Assembly (NCBI GenBank): GCA_963782915.1
Contig: CAWALK010000001.1
Location: forward strand, 160,001-224,000
DNA: 64,000 nucleotides
Source: an uncultured archaeon
GTDB taxonomy: Archaea > Thermoproteota > Bathyarchaeia > Bathyarchaeales > Bathycorpusculaceae
Direction of reading: 5' to 3'
Below the pieces are notes generated by a model. It did not search any database, was not told the DNA's origin, and was given only the letters and a program-made list of their open reading frames with translations. The position numbers were made by a program, and so were the translations under genes. The stretch's first letter is position 1. Every line of letters starts with the position of its first letter. Below are positions 1-9,682 of this stretch, piece by piece.

Positions 1-192
1 TTACGGAATGAGGGTGGCAAGGTTTCGGGTGGGCCTGGGCATTTCACTTGGGATGACGCAAAAGAAAAGGAGTCAATCCAAAAAGTGGCAGCCCTAGACT
101 TCACTGTTATGTTGCCGGGGCATACGCAACCGCTTATTGGCAACGCTTCAGGGGCAGTGAAAGCTTTTGTTGAGGCTTCAAATAAAGCCTGA
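1..192 (+). CDS. MBL-fold metallo-hydrolase, C-terminal fragment (runs off window start)
   Basis: Frame 1 reads ...ESIQKVAALDFTVMLPGHTQPL...*, resembling the C-terminal 'LPGHG.P' motif of MBL-fold hydrolases. Confidence 0.6.
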   Translation, partial: LRNEGGKVSGGPGHFTWDDAKEKESIQKVAALDFTVMLPGHTQPLIGNASGAVKAFVEASNKA

Positions 193-268
193 TTTTTAGT
201 GTTGGGATTTGGCTAAAGTATTTTAACAAAGCCCATGTATTTTGAGGCAGCAACCAAAATAGAGTAGG

Positions 269-820
269 ATGTTTGCGGTGCCTTTCCAAAGTGCAGTCGA
301 ATATGTTATGGGCAGGTTTATTCGGTTATTAACAAAGCTGCCCTTGCAGAGGCTGGTTTCTTTGGTGGCTCAGGAACAATCTTTTTTGGATTATTTTAGG
401 GGTTTTGAGAATAATGCGGCTGTGCGGGGAATATTTGGAGCGCAAACCGAGGAAGTTCTCAAAAACCTCAAAGTGGATTTCATCTGGTTTGGCTACATGG
501 GCGTAAGCGACAGTAACGGGCACCTGCTTGTGAACAAGCGTTACTTAGCTAACGGAAGCAGAGAAGACATTTACCTTGACATCATCCATGAACTCTGCCA
601 TGTAAAACAGCATCTGGAAGGCAGAGATCTCTTCGATCCACGCTATGACTATGTTGATAGGCCAACGGAAATCGAAGCTTATCGTTACGCCGTGCAGGAA
701 GCCAAACGCATCGGGGTAAGCGACTCATATATTCGTCTTTACCTTAAGGCGGGGCCGATTGGCACTGTTGCTTTGGAGAAGCTGATTAGGAACATGGGTG
801 TAACTCTTGAGGTATCTTGA
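269..820 (+). CDS. Hypothetical protein with HExxH zincin-like motif
   Basis: IIHELCHVKQ plus downstream EIEAY; true start may be later. Confidence 0.55.
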   Translation: MFAVPFQSAVEYVMGRFIRLLTKLPLQRLVSLVAQEQSFLDYFRGFENNAAVRGIFGAQTEEVLKNLKVDFIWFGYMGVSDSNGHLLVNKRYLANGSREDIYLDIIHELCHVKQHLEGRDLFDPRYDYVDRPTEIEAYRYAVQEAKRIGVSDSYIRLYLKAGPIGTVALEKLIRNMGVTLEVS

Positions 821-828
821 TTTGTTTT

Positions 829-1767
829 CTAGCTTGTTTGGGTTGCATTTACCTCAATGTCAAAGCTATAAGTGAAGCTATAGGTCGGGGTTCCACTGGG
901 AACATTACTCGATTGGCTTAAAACCACTTGCAAGCCCAAGTACATGTATTGCCCGGGTGTAACTGGGTTTTGATTAGCCACGTTGCCATTTCCATACCAG
1001 TTATTACTGTAAGGGGCATAGGTTGCTGGCGGCATCGGAAAGAATACGAGCCCTATTGAGAGGTTTGACGGTGCGTTGACGTTTTTGAGTGTAGCATTGA
1101 CTGTTATAGCGGTGTCTCCGTCGTTTCTCAGAACCACAACGTTTGTTGTGGGTGCAAACAGGCTCCCGTAATTGGATACTGAATGCCGTATTCCTCCTAT
1201 GTTTAGGTACATTCCACCGTTGACATAGCCCGCGCAGTTTGAGCTGCTATCCGGAAAAGCGGTGCCGTTGGTGAACCACAACGAAAACTTGGGTGCTGCT
1301 GAGGTCTGTGTTGGCGTAACATCTGGTTGGGCAACCGACACTTCAACTAGGCAAGCGATCAGCAATCCCCCAATAACCATCATGTTTACTGCGGATTTTA
1401 ACTTGCCCCCGCTGGCCTTCTTGAGGGCTACTGTAATGGCTGGTAGCAGGATAAACAATGCTAAAACTATGGTTAGCCCTGAAAGTTCAGGTATCTCGGG
1501 GCTGGGTGTTGCGGTTGGGGTTGTTGTTGATGGGGTCATTGTCGGCGTTGGATTTATTGTTGTGAGATCTGGGGTTGGTGTTGACTGAGGCGTTATGGTG
1601 GGAGTTGGAGTTGCCGTTGGCGAAGAAATCGGTGTTAACGTAGCTGGAGTGTAGGTGGCTTCTATGTGAATCCGTTGTGTGCTGGTTGCGGCGGCAAATA
1701 CGCTGGGAATAGCTAAACCCGTGATTAAGATGGTTATTATGAGCAAAAGCTTCTTTTGCACACCCAT
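829..1767 (-). CDS. Secreted/membrane protein with Pro/Thr linker, internal IPE-TM-KK segment and C-terminal beta-sandwich domain
   Basis: Signal peptide, PT-rich linker, IPELSGLTIVLALFILLPAITVALKK, second hydrophobic segment, C-terminal YSFDIEVNATQ. Confidence 0.7.
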   Translation of the reverse strand: MGVQKKLLLIITILITGLAIPSVFAAATSTQRIHIEATYTPATLTPISSPTATPTPTITPQSTPTPDLTTINPTPTMTPSTTTPTATPSPEIPELSGLTIVLALFILLPAITVALKKASGGKLKSAVNMMVIGGLLIACLVEVSVAQPDVTPTQTSAAPKFSLWFTNGTAFPDSSSNCAGYVNGGMYLNIGGIRHSVSNYGSLFAPTTNVVVLRNDGDTAITVNATLKNVNAPSNLSIGLVFFPMPPATYAPYSNNWYGNGNVANQNPVTPGQYMYLGLQVVLSQSSNVPSGTPTYSFTYSFDIEVNATQTS

Positions 1768-1903
1768 TCACCAGCTAAAAAGTCGATAAAGCCTTAGAAG
1801 TGCTTGGGCGATTTAAACTAAATGACAACCTATGGCAGCCTCAAGATAGCCCAAAAATGGCTCAAGGGAACTGTTTTTGCTGCTTCCTGAACTGCCGCGG
1901 TGG

Positions 1904-2158
1904 TTACTTGTATTTAGTTTTAAAGAGTAACATTGTGGCTGCCTGCACGAAAACCAGCGAATTCGCCGCTATAATCGATACATCATTCATGAATACTCCA
2001 TAGACTGCCCATAAAGTAACTGAACCGCATTGGAGCGTGAACATGCCAACTGAGATGTCTTTGGCTGATTTTGTCTTCCAAACCCGCCTCAGCTGAGGTA
2101 GTAGGGCAATTGTGGTTAAGAAGGCAGCAAGTAATCCGATTATTGTGATATATTCCAT
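1904..2158 (-). CDS. SemiSWEET / PQ-loop family transporter
   Basis: 84 aa, 3 TM segments, LTTIALLPQ...KSAKDIS signature. Confidence 0.9.
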   Translation of the reverse strand: MEYITIIGLLAAFLTTIALLPQLRRVWKTKSAKDISVGMFTLQCGSVTLWAVYGVFMNDVSIIAANSLVFVQAATMLLFKTKYK

Positions 2159-2396
2159 TTTGAATCAGTCCAATGGACTTTGCACGATTATTTTTGAATC
2201 TTTCGTTGTGGTTCGAAAATAATTGTGGAAAATTAGTATTCTAAACATTTAGGGCTAACTTTAATGGCAAAGTATCGCTCTGTATCGTTAAAAAAGTTAT
2301 TGAAAACAAGGCCTTTCCAGCCGGAGCGTTACAGCGAAAAAATGTGTTACCGCCTCCTTTCGAGAATGCAAAACATTATATGCAAACAGACCCAAA

Positions 2397-2780
2397 GTGC
2401 TGGGGATGAACCCCGAAGACAATCAAGCACCAAACAGCCATAACGGATTATCAATCGAGGAAATAGAAAAAAGAATAGTCAAAGAGTTCCTTGATATAAT
2501 TATTCTATGTGAATTAAAAGCGCACAGTGAATTGACGGGTTATGATCTTGCACTCATGGAGCATGAGAAATTTGGGATTTCATTGAGTCCAGGCACCGTA
2601 TATGCGACTATGTATAGTATGGAGCGCAAGGGCTTGATTTGTGGGCACTCAAACGCAAAGAAAACAACCTACGTTCTCACCGAAAAGGGTGAAGCCTCTC
2701 TGGGTAACATTGGAAAGTCCAGCGAGCGTCTCGTCGATTTTATGAAATGCATCTTTTCAGTTTTTAACAAGTCATCCTGA
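2397..2780 (+). CDS. PadR-family transcriptional regulator
   Basis: GYDL...SPGTVYATMYSMERKGLI...YVLTEKG winged-helix motif. Confidence 0.85.
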   Translation: MLGMNPEDNQAPNSHNGLSIEEIEKRIVKEFLDIIILCELKAHSELTGYDLALMEHEKFGISLSPGTVYATMYSMERKGLICGHSNAKKTTYVLTEKGEASLGNIGKSSERLVDFMKCIFSVFNKSS

Positions 2781-2878
2781 TAATTTTAACCCGTTATGGG
2801 AAACCTTAACGTCAAACTTGGACATAACAGCTGACTTAGTGATGAATTGTACGATTAAAAAGGAACCACCCGAAGGTG

Positions 2879-3048
2879 TGGTGGGGCCGGCCGGATTTGA
2901 ACCGACGACCTTTACCCAACAGTGGCGCAAGGCCAATGTTTACGGGTTTCTTCATGACCGCTCCAGAGATTCGTCATCCCTTTCGGTCAGCAAACCCATT
3001 AGTTCGCTTTCTGGAGCCCGTCGTCATACCTGTCTAGACTACGACCCC
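2879..3048 (-). tRNA. trnW: tRNA-Trp(CCA) with two introns (37/38 intron ~2948-3010; variable-loop intron ~2911-2940); 3' CCA encoded
   Basis: Acceptor GGGGTCG/CGGCCCC-ACCA, anticodon stem ACGGG/CCCGT around CT-CCA-G|A, T arm GTCGG-TTCAAAT-CCGGC; a cloverleaf forms only after removing two inserts. Confidence 0.9.
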
Positions 3049-3140
3049 ACCGTGTCTAGGCGTAATGCATATTGTGAGCGGGCATCAATAAAAATATTTA
3101 TGCCCGAAAAGGTCACTACATACGAGCTTGCCCAATCATG

Positions 3141-4427
3141 CTATAGTTTAGACAAGCGAATCGATAGTAGCGGCACAATCATTTCTTCCGCAGTCATCCC
3201 ACCATGCGCTCCCAACTGCGGGCTCTGCCTATCATCCTCAAAAAAAGGATAATCCAGTAAACTATCACTATTGCTCAAAACGGCAAGGTCACCCAGTTTC
3301 TCCCTAAGCCCCTCATTACTTATTGGCTCCCCAAATATGCCTTCACGGATTAATTGTTCCGTAGAAAAAAGCTTAAAACCAGAGGGTCCCTGCTCGAAAG
3401 CACTTTGAAATTCACTTGTTCGGTTGGGTTTGCAGTACAGGTAAGTTGCTCTGCCATCGCCTACTGGCGGTAATATTAGATGCTGCATTAACTCAGGCAT
3501 ATCTTTTAGGTACAATGGCTGCTTGGCTTCCGAAATGCCATGATCGGAAACTATGACAAGTAGCGTTTCTTCCTTTGTTTGCTCTGGGATATTGTTTATG
3601 AATTCTTTGAGGCTATGTTCGATGGTAGCTATTTCGAAGGTTGTTTCTTTGGAGTACGCTCCATATTTGTGTGCAAGGTTATCTACGCCGCTATAGTAGA
3701 CGACTGATAGGCTTGGGCCTGGTTCCATTAAGGCGGTTATGGTGTGAGTCCACATGTCAGAACTCAAATAGTATGGTATCAGTTTTGTGTCTCGGTGGGT
3801 AATTTGGGATAAGCCGCTGCCTATGATTCTGGCTTGTGTAATGATTTGGGTTTTTACTCCGTTTTGCCCTATGATTGGCAGTAAACGCTGTAGGTTTTGC
3901 GTGTAATCTTTTGCTAACTCAACTTTGGCGCTATAGCCGTATATTGGTTTCATGTCTAGCGTGTTGTAGATTAAGCCATACTTCTTCGAGTACATGTGGT
4001 AGCCGATAATCTGGTGTTGAGCTGGCGATAAACCCGTAAATACGCTAGTTAGGGCGGTTGCGGTGGTTGATGGAAAAACCGTTGTCATAGGTTTTAGGAC
4101 ACCTTTCTCAGTCAACTCAGCAAAAGTCCCACTGCGGTTACCGATATGATGTAGCAGTCGATTATAGCCTAAACCATCAAAAATGACTAAAACAACTTTC
4201 CGTATTCCCTCTAATTCTGCTAAGCAATCTTCTGGGGAAGTGGCGCACTTAAGGTCACCTATACCAAATACAGCGCCGATTTGGGGAAGTATATTCTTCA
4301 GGTTTAGCCCTTCATAGTCGGGGCGAACGAAGTCGCCTGAGAATGTTTGCTGCTTTATGAGATTGAGCGATTGCTCCCTAAAATCGTTGATATTCAAGAA
4401 AATCCCTTCTAATAGAGCTGATACCAC
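3141..4427 (-). CDS. Alkaline phosphatase superfamily (nucleotide pyrophosphatase/phosphodiesterase) protein
   Basis: FDGLG, FPSTT, D..AH.YG, SDHG, GAHGG motifs. Confidence 0.9.
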   Translation of the reverse strand: MVSALLEGIFLNINDFREQSLNLIKQQTFSGDFVRPDYEGLNLKNILPQIGAVFGIGDLKCATSPEDCLAELEGIRKVVLVIFDGLGYNRLLHHIGNRSGTFAELTEKGVLKPMTTVFPSTTATALTSVFTGLSPAQHQIIGYHMYSKKYGLIYNTLDMKPIYGYSAKVELAKDYTQNLQRLLPIIGQNGVKTQIITQARIIGSGLSQITHRDTKLIPYYLSSDMWTHTITALMEPGPSLSVVYYSGVDNLAHKYGAYSKETTFEIATIEHSLKEFINNIPEQTKEETLLVIVSDHGISEAKQPLYLKDMPELMQHLILPPVGDGRATYLYCKPNRTSEFQSAFEQGPSGFKLFSTEQLIREGIFGEPISNEGLREKLGDLAVLSNSDSLLDYPFFEDDRQSPQLGAHGGMTAEEMIVPLLSIRLSKL

Positions 4428-4620
4428 CTGGAAATTAGCGTAGTTTTATGGTATCTAAAAAATCAACAGTTGACAGTCCTATTTTAAGCTGAGCTGAGTT
4501 CAGATGTTTCTAAGGTTTTAACAGTTTGCTCGTTAGAGAGTAATTTGTCTAAGTCTGTAGAATCGTTTGAAAAGTCTGCGATTAGATTTTTAAAAAAATT
4601 AAAAGGGTTAAAACTGGTTT

Positions 4621-5751
4621 TTACCAGTTGAAGAACCATGTTCGCATGTTGAAGAAGTTCCAGTTGAACATTCCCCACCAGTTGTATCGGTGTATGTATG
4701 TCGGTGCTGGGCTTGTTGGCTCTGTTGGTGCTTGGGTTGGTGTTGTTGTTTGTGTAGGTGCTGGAGTTTGAGTTGGGTCGGTTGTTGGGTTAGACGGTGT
4801 AGCTGGTGCAGATGGAATTGTTGGTGCTGTTGGTATCTGGGTTGGTGTAGTTGTTGGTTCTGGGGTTGGGTCTGCTGTTGGGGTTGGTGTTGGTACTACG
4901 GTTGGAGTTGGTGTTTGTGTTGGTGTTACGGTTGGGGTTGGTGTTATGATTGGTGTTGGAGTAGGGGTTGCTGTTGGGGTAGGTGTTGGAACGACTGTTG
5001 GTGTTGGAGTTGCGACTGGTGTTGGAGTTGGTGTTACTGTTGGGGCTGGTGTTCCGACGCCATTGCTTGAAACTACTACGTTGGAGATTTTCCAGTTGAT
5101 GTCTGCTTGGTGGTTGCAGGTAACGTCAAAGACGATTTGTCCTACGTGTCCAAGGGTAACTCCCCAGTTTCGCATGTCTACTTCATAGTGTTGGGTGCTT
5201 CCGTCGCTTGGGCCAACCATTATGTTCCATGCGCCGTCAGGAGACTTTATTGTTCCAACGCCGTATGTCACTTTAGCTGGCTGGTTGTATGTTTGTGCGA
5301 AGTATGTGTCTGCTACTTCTTCGCCGTAGCCTGGGTTCCATCCGCTGGTTGTATCAACTAAGCCAACGTGGATTTGCATAACTTTGTCTGCCCAAATGTC
5401 AAAGCTCAGTATTGGAGTGCTTTGTAGGTTCCATCCGCCGCCTTGTGCGTCCCATTCGCAGTATCCTCTAAAGATTTCTGCAGGAAGTCTGCAGTTGTCT
5501 ACGTTCGTTACGCCGCTAGCGCTAACGCCTGATTCAGTGTGGGATATGGCATAGGGGCCCATGTCTCCAGTGTTGTAGTGGGCTTGGCATATCCATGCAC
5601 CACCTGCTAAACTCCCAGTTGCAGCTGCTGCTGGTTGTGCTATCATTGCTATCATGCTGATGATGAATAATGCGCTGATTGCTATTCCAAGGGGTTTAGA
5701 GATTTTTTTTAGCTGTAGTGAGTGAAGTTTTCCAAAGATTCTTGTATTCAC
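4621..5751 (-). CDS. Secreted protein with long Pro/Thr repeat stalk and Trp/Phe/Asn-rich C-terminal tail
   Basis: Signal peptide (AQPAAA), beta-rich domain, (TPTPT)n linker, tail HRYNWWGMFNWNFFNMRTWFFNW. Confidence 0.75.
   Translation of the reverse strand: MNTRIFGKLHSLQLKKISKPLGIAISALFIISMIAMIAQPAAAATGSLAGGAWICQAHYNTGDMGPYAISHTESGVSASGVTNVDNCRLPAEIFRGYCEWDAQGGGWNLQSTPILSFDIWADKVMQIHVGLVDTTSGWNPGYGEEVADTYFAQTYNQPAKVTYGVGTIKSPDGAWNIMVGPSDGSTQHYEVDMRNWGVTLGHVGQIVFDVTCNHQADINWKISNVVVSSNGVGTPAPTVTPTPTPVATPTPTVVPTPTPTATPTPTPIITPTPTVTPTQTPTPTVVPTPTPTADPTPEPTTTPTQIPTAPTIPSAPATPSNPTTDPTQTPAPTQTTTPTQAPTEPTSPAPTYIHRYNWWGMFNWNFFNMRTWFFNW
4700..5050 (-). repeat. Low-complexity coding tandem repeat (TPTPT[V/A]x units)
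   Basis: Repeated GTTGG(T/A/G)GTTGG units encoding a Pro/Thr linker. Confidence 0.8.
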
Positions 5752-5866
5752 TTTTTTCTCTCTTCCTGAATTTTCTTTAGTTTCCTATCGGTAGAATCAA
5801 TTTTATTCGTTTTTGAAAAATGCAGTGCGCTATCTTGTCAAGTCGAGTGCTTGGTCTATTATTTTA

Positions 5867-5883
5867 TGCGAAGTAGACTTAAC
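5867..5883. promoter_or_regulatory. Putative operator TGCGAAGTAGACTTAAC (copy 1)
   Basis: Identical 17-mer at 46524-46540; palindromic core AAGT-AG-ACTT. Confidence 0.45.
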
Positions 5884-6356
5884 AAACTTGGCGAACATCA
5901 ACTATACCCCGACAAGGGCAGAACAAACGAATAATCACTCATTAATAGCAAAAAAGTGCGCGTAATGTTTGTTATAGCACCAAAATCGAGCTAAACCGTG
6001 ATATAAACCGAGGTTCTACACGCAAATATTTTCCTGCAAACGGATCATTTCTCGAAACTTGACAAAATAGCCGTTACATAATCTTTCTTCCCAGCAATTC
6101 AATAATGCACCCAAATTGCCCGTTGTGATGATAGACCTCATGCGGCTTCCACATAAGGTTAATCCGGCCCAAAACAAGGGGAGAGCGGTATCAACTAAGA
6201 GGCGTGTTGTTACCAATTAGCTTACTCAAAGTCATTGACTAAACCTCTGCAAACGTACACTTATATCAAGCAGTACTCAACAAACGTTGCTAACACACAA
6301 CGCCGATTCAATGGTTGCACGCTGCTTTGGCCTCTTCAAACTGCAACTGCCCAGTC

Positions 6357-6392
6357 TATAAATAAGGGAGGGGGTAGGTGGGCAGAGCAACA
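6357..6392 (+). repeat. Dispersed repeat A, copy 1 (TATAAATAAGGGAGGGGGTAGGTG)
   Basis: 24/24 identical to the reverse complement of 9485-9508. Confidence 0.8.
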
Positions 6393-6627
6393 AAGCTCAC
6401 ACACCATCGCTTTAGCCAAGGTGAGGTCTTCTGTGAGGGGTCACGCGGTCTTCAACACGGTCCATATACGGTTACTGGTGTCCCGCCGCATATGCAACCG
6501 AAATAACGCTCAAAACCATCCTTCACATTTGCATCCAATGTCCAAAAGCACCATACAAACGGTTGTTTCCAAGAATTGGTTCAGCTAAAAACATAACGCT
6601 TATATGGAATAGATTAACAGTAGAGGT

Positions 6628-6752
6628 AGGTTTGCCGGTCAAAGGGCACGGGTTCCACCTGATCCCATACCGAACTCAGAAGTTAAACCGTGTTCCGTTC
6701 CCAGCTGTAGTGTGGTCTTAGGCCACGTGAACCTGGGAAAGCTGGCAGCCTA
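6628..6752 (+). rRNA. rrf: 5S rRNA (stand-alone)
   Basis: CCACCTGATCCCATACCGAACTCAGAAGTTAAACC core; 5' GGTTTGCCGG pairs with 3' CTGGCAGCC; TATA-like CTTATAT about 25 nt upstream. Confidence 0.9.
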
Positions 6753-6821
6753 CTTCTTTAAGTCAATTCTTACTCAGATTTGGCATATCCTTATAAATGA
6801 CTTTCAATAGTTTTTGGAGAA

Positions 6822-7943
6822 GTGGTGTTTACATTGAGCTTGATTCCAGGAACAGACTCTATAAGCCAAATAATCAGCTTACTAACCTATGCATTCTTCA
6901 TAGTGTTCATCTTCTACGGCCAACGCATACAGATGTATATCATGGTCCGAGAAGTAGAAAACTCTCTACATAAACTACGGATCATAAAAGACGAGGGCAG
7001 AAAAACTGCTATAGAAGCCATAAAAGAAATCGGCAAACCAACCGCAGACCCCTCCGTACGCGTCGACCGCTATCTAGATTACTTTACAATCGGGCCCCAA
7101 GGCATGGATCCACAGGGCATAGTCTACAAACTAGACCACATTCTAGATACAAGAGATGAACGTCTAAAAGAAGAAATAAAATTAATGGCGCCATCAGTGG
7201 CAGGCAACGATGTCCAAGTTAATAACTTGGAAAATACACTCGAAGCCGCAATGGCGCTCAACTACATCTACAAAGTGGTACGTCACTACTACATCCAAGG
7301 CAAGAAAACTTTGAGCCTCTACGTAATCATGCAGTTGCAAATGATTTTGCCCATGGTTATGAAGGAAGCAGAAGCCTATGGCAGCGCACTCAAAGCTTTC
7401 TCCTATGGTCAACCCATCGGAGACAGTGTTGGGCCACTCATAGCCTCAAAGATGATGCATGGATACGAAGTCCGCAAGGTACCAAAAGACTGCGTCGTAG
7501 CTTCAGTTCCATTCGAAGGACGCACCGCACTTATCCTCAAAGCTGAGGGTCCAGGCGGAAACGTCGGCAAACCAGGAGACGCCATCGAAGCAGTCATCGA
7601 AGAACAACAAGGCAAAATCGCCTGCTTAATCATGATTGACGCAGGACTCAAATTAGAAGGCGAATTAGTCGGTGAAGTCTCAGAAGGCATCGGCTCAGCA
7701 ATCGGCGGACCAGGCGTAGACGCATACAAAATAGAAGAGAAAATCACCAAATACAAAATACGCAACTATGCAGTCATCGTCAAAGAAGACATCGGCGACG
7801 CAGTTTCACCAATGCGCAAAGAAATCAACGATGCAGTCGACAAAGTCATCGAACGCGTCAGAGACGTCGTGAAGGAACGCACCAAAGAAGGCGACACAGT
7901 GCTAATCGTCGGAGTCGGCAACAGCATCGGAGTGGGACAATAA
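6822..7943 (+). CDS. DUF1512 family protein
   Basis: N-terminal TM, PIGDSVGPL, KAEGPGG.VG.PG, MIDAGLKLEGE, GVGNSIGVGQ C-terminus. Confidence 0.85.
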   Translation: MVFTLSLIPGTDSISQIISLLTYAFFIVFIFYGQRIQMYIMVREVENSLHKLRIIKDEGRKTAIEAIKEIGKPTADPSVRVDRYLDYFTIGPQGMDPQGIVYKLDHILDTRDERLKEEIKLMAPSVAGNDVQVNNLENTLEAAMALNYIYKVVRHYYIQGKKTLSLYVIMQLQMILPMVMKEAEAYGSALKAFSYGQPIGDSVGPLIASKMMHGYEVRKVPKDCVVASVPFEGRTALILKAEGPGGNVGKPGDAIEAVIEEQQGKIACLIMIDAGLKLEGELVGEVSEGIGSAIGGPGVDAYKIEEKITKYKIRNYAVIVKEDIGDAVSPMRKEINDAVDKVIERVRDVVKERTKEGDTVLIVGVGNSIGVGQ

Positions 7944-8384
7944 ATGAGGTTACACAAAATGGCTCAACAACAAACCAAAACATCCGCAAGCAACAAAATC
8001 AGCACATACCTAAATCTCATAGTGCTCGTGGTATTGGCGCTCTCAGTGGTATCACTGGTCGTAGCAGTCGACACTTACCTGGCAAACGACCTTATAGCCG
8101 CGGGTTTATTCGCGGGTATAGGCGCCATCGCCATGGCAATGAGTATATTCCTGCTCTACCAATCAAGGAGGCAAGCAACAGAAGTGAAACTTGACATACC
8201 CAAAGTAATGACCACCATCGAATGCCAAAACAAAGGATGCGCAAACAAAACAATACGGGAATTCCAACGCGGCGACTATGTATTCAAAGATGTCGATGTT
8301 GCATGCGGTAAATGCGGCGGCAAACAGATGGTAACAGCCATCTACAAAGAAGTTAAAGAAAAAGAAAAAACCTATGCCGTTTAG
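7944..8384 (+). CDS. Membrane protein with C-terminal zinc ribbon
   Basis: 2 TM segments, TTIEC...C...REFQRGDYVFK...CGKC; abuts the DUF1512 gene. Confidence 0.75.
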   Translation: MRLHKMAQQQTKTSASNKISTYLNLIVLVVLALSVVSLVVAVDTYLANDLIAAGLFAGIGAIAMAMSIFLLYQSRRQATEVKLDIPKVMTTIECQNKGCANKTIREFQRGDYVFKDVDVACGKCGGKQMVTAIYKEVKEKEKTYAV

Positions 8385-8385
8385 G

Positions 8386-9288
8386 CTAGGTTAAAACTTC
8401 ACAACCATTTTCTTTTATTAGTAACGTATGCTCGACTTGAGCTACGGGTTTTTTGCTTACTTCAACAAAAACTGGGTAAGCCATTATCGATTTTGTTTTT
8501 AGCAGTTCCTTAAAAGCTGCACTATGTTGTTCTATTGGTAAGACGCCGATTGTCCATCGTTCCGCGAATGGTAATGTGCGGAAGTTGGTTTCGATGTATT
8601 TGGCAAGTTTTTTGGCTGAATCGGTCTTTAATGACTTAGCTTTTAGGAGGCGGTAGATGGTGCATTGTGTGGTGTCATCAACCATGCCAATTGCGTTTGG
8701 CAATGTAACGAAGGGTTCGACTGCGTAGACTCCGCCGGTTTCCACTTTGTGTGGGTTGAATCCTGAAACGCTGGGGATCGAGGTTCCGGCGTGGATGAGG
8801 TATCTGCCGACGCTGTGTCCGGTGAGGTTGCTAATCGGTTTGAATCCGCGGTTTTTTATGGTTTTTTCTACCAATGCGCCGATGTCGCCTACTTGCATGT
8901 CGCCATGGATATTGTCGATGACTGTTTTAAGCGCTAATTCAGCTGTGGCCGTCATGGCTTTTCCTTCTGGATTAAACGGTGCAGTGAATGCTGTGTCGGT
9001 GACGTATCCGTCAACTTGTACGCCGATGTCAACTTTAACGGTTGAACCAGCTGGAATAGTGGATTTGTCGCCCGGAACCGCGGTGTAGTGTGCGGTGACT
9101 TCATCGATGCTCACGTTAACGGGAAACGCGGGTTTGCCGCCTTTTGCTCGGATGAGTCCCTCAGCTTTCTCGCAAACATCGATTATCTGCATGTTTTCTT
9201 TAACGTAGCTGCGCATTTCCTCGCGTGTTTCACGCAGGATTTTGCCTGATAAATGGAATTTTTCGAGTTCTTCTTTATCGTATGGCAT
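8386..9288 (-). CDS. map: Methionine aminopeptidase, type II
   Basis: AFPVNVS, AHYT, KVDIGVQVDG...DTA, NLTGH, IHAG, AVEPF, QVEHT; start taken at MPYDKEE. Confidence 0.95.
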   Translation of the reverse strand: MPYDKEELEKFHLSGKILRETREEMRSYVKENMQIIDVCEKAEGLIRAKGGKPAFPVNVSIDEVTAHYTAVPGDKSTIPAGSTVKVDIGVQVDGYVTDTAFTAPFNPEGKAMTATAELALKTVIDNIHGDMQVGDIGALVEKTIKNRGFKPISNLTGHSVGRYLIHAGTSIPSVSGFNPHKVETGGVYAVEPFVTLPNAIGMVDDTTQCTIYRLLKAKSLKTDSAKKLAKYIETNFRTLPFAERWTIGVLPIEQHSAAFKELLKTKSIMAYPVFVEVSKKPVAQVEHTLLIKENGCEVLT

Positions 9289-9469
9289 TGTGTGTTCACT
9301 GTTGATAGTTTGGTTAATGCTCTGGATGCTTAAATGCATAACCACAAACTTGTTTGGGTCGGTTGCTTTTTTTATTATTGGTTGTTGCTGTGGACCCCTC
9401 TTATTTCACCATCAACAAGTGGGTTTGACTGGCGGCTGTATTTTGATATCTGCGTCTGTGTGGGTGGAC

Positions 9470-9510
9470 CTACCTACCTCAGAGCACCTACCCCCTCCCT
9501 TATTTATAGG
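9470..9510 (-). repeat. Dispersed repeat A, copy 2
   Basis: 34/34 identical to 26663-26696 (CTACCTACCTCAGAGCACCTACCCCCTCCCTTAT). Confidence 0.85.
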
Positions 9511-9682
9511 CTCAACAACTGTATGAATGAGCCAGCTTAAGGGCGGCATTTGTCATTTGGCGGCTGCGGGGTTTATGCGGTTGCAGGCTAATTTGAGGGG
9601 TTCATAGACAACTGCACCGAGACCCCTGCGATTCCGTGTACCAGCAGATGCTTATTGCTCTGCCAACATACCCCCCACATGT

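Noticed and set aside
2818-3252. 144-aa + strand ORF
   Set aside because: Overlaps tRNA-Trp on the opposite strand; spurious
4690-5361. Cys/Trp-rich and Gly/Val-rich + strand ORFs
   Set aside because: Antisense shadows of the Pro/Thr repeat gene
6016-6588. ORFs 6016-6216(-) and 6235-6588(+)
   Set aside because: No recognisable motifs; the latter spans repeat A
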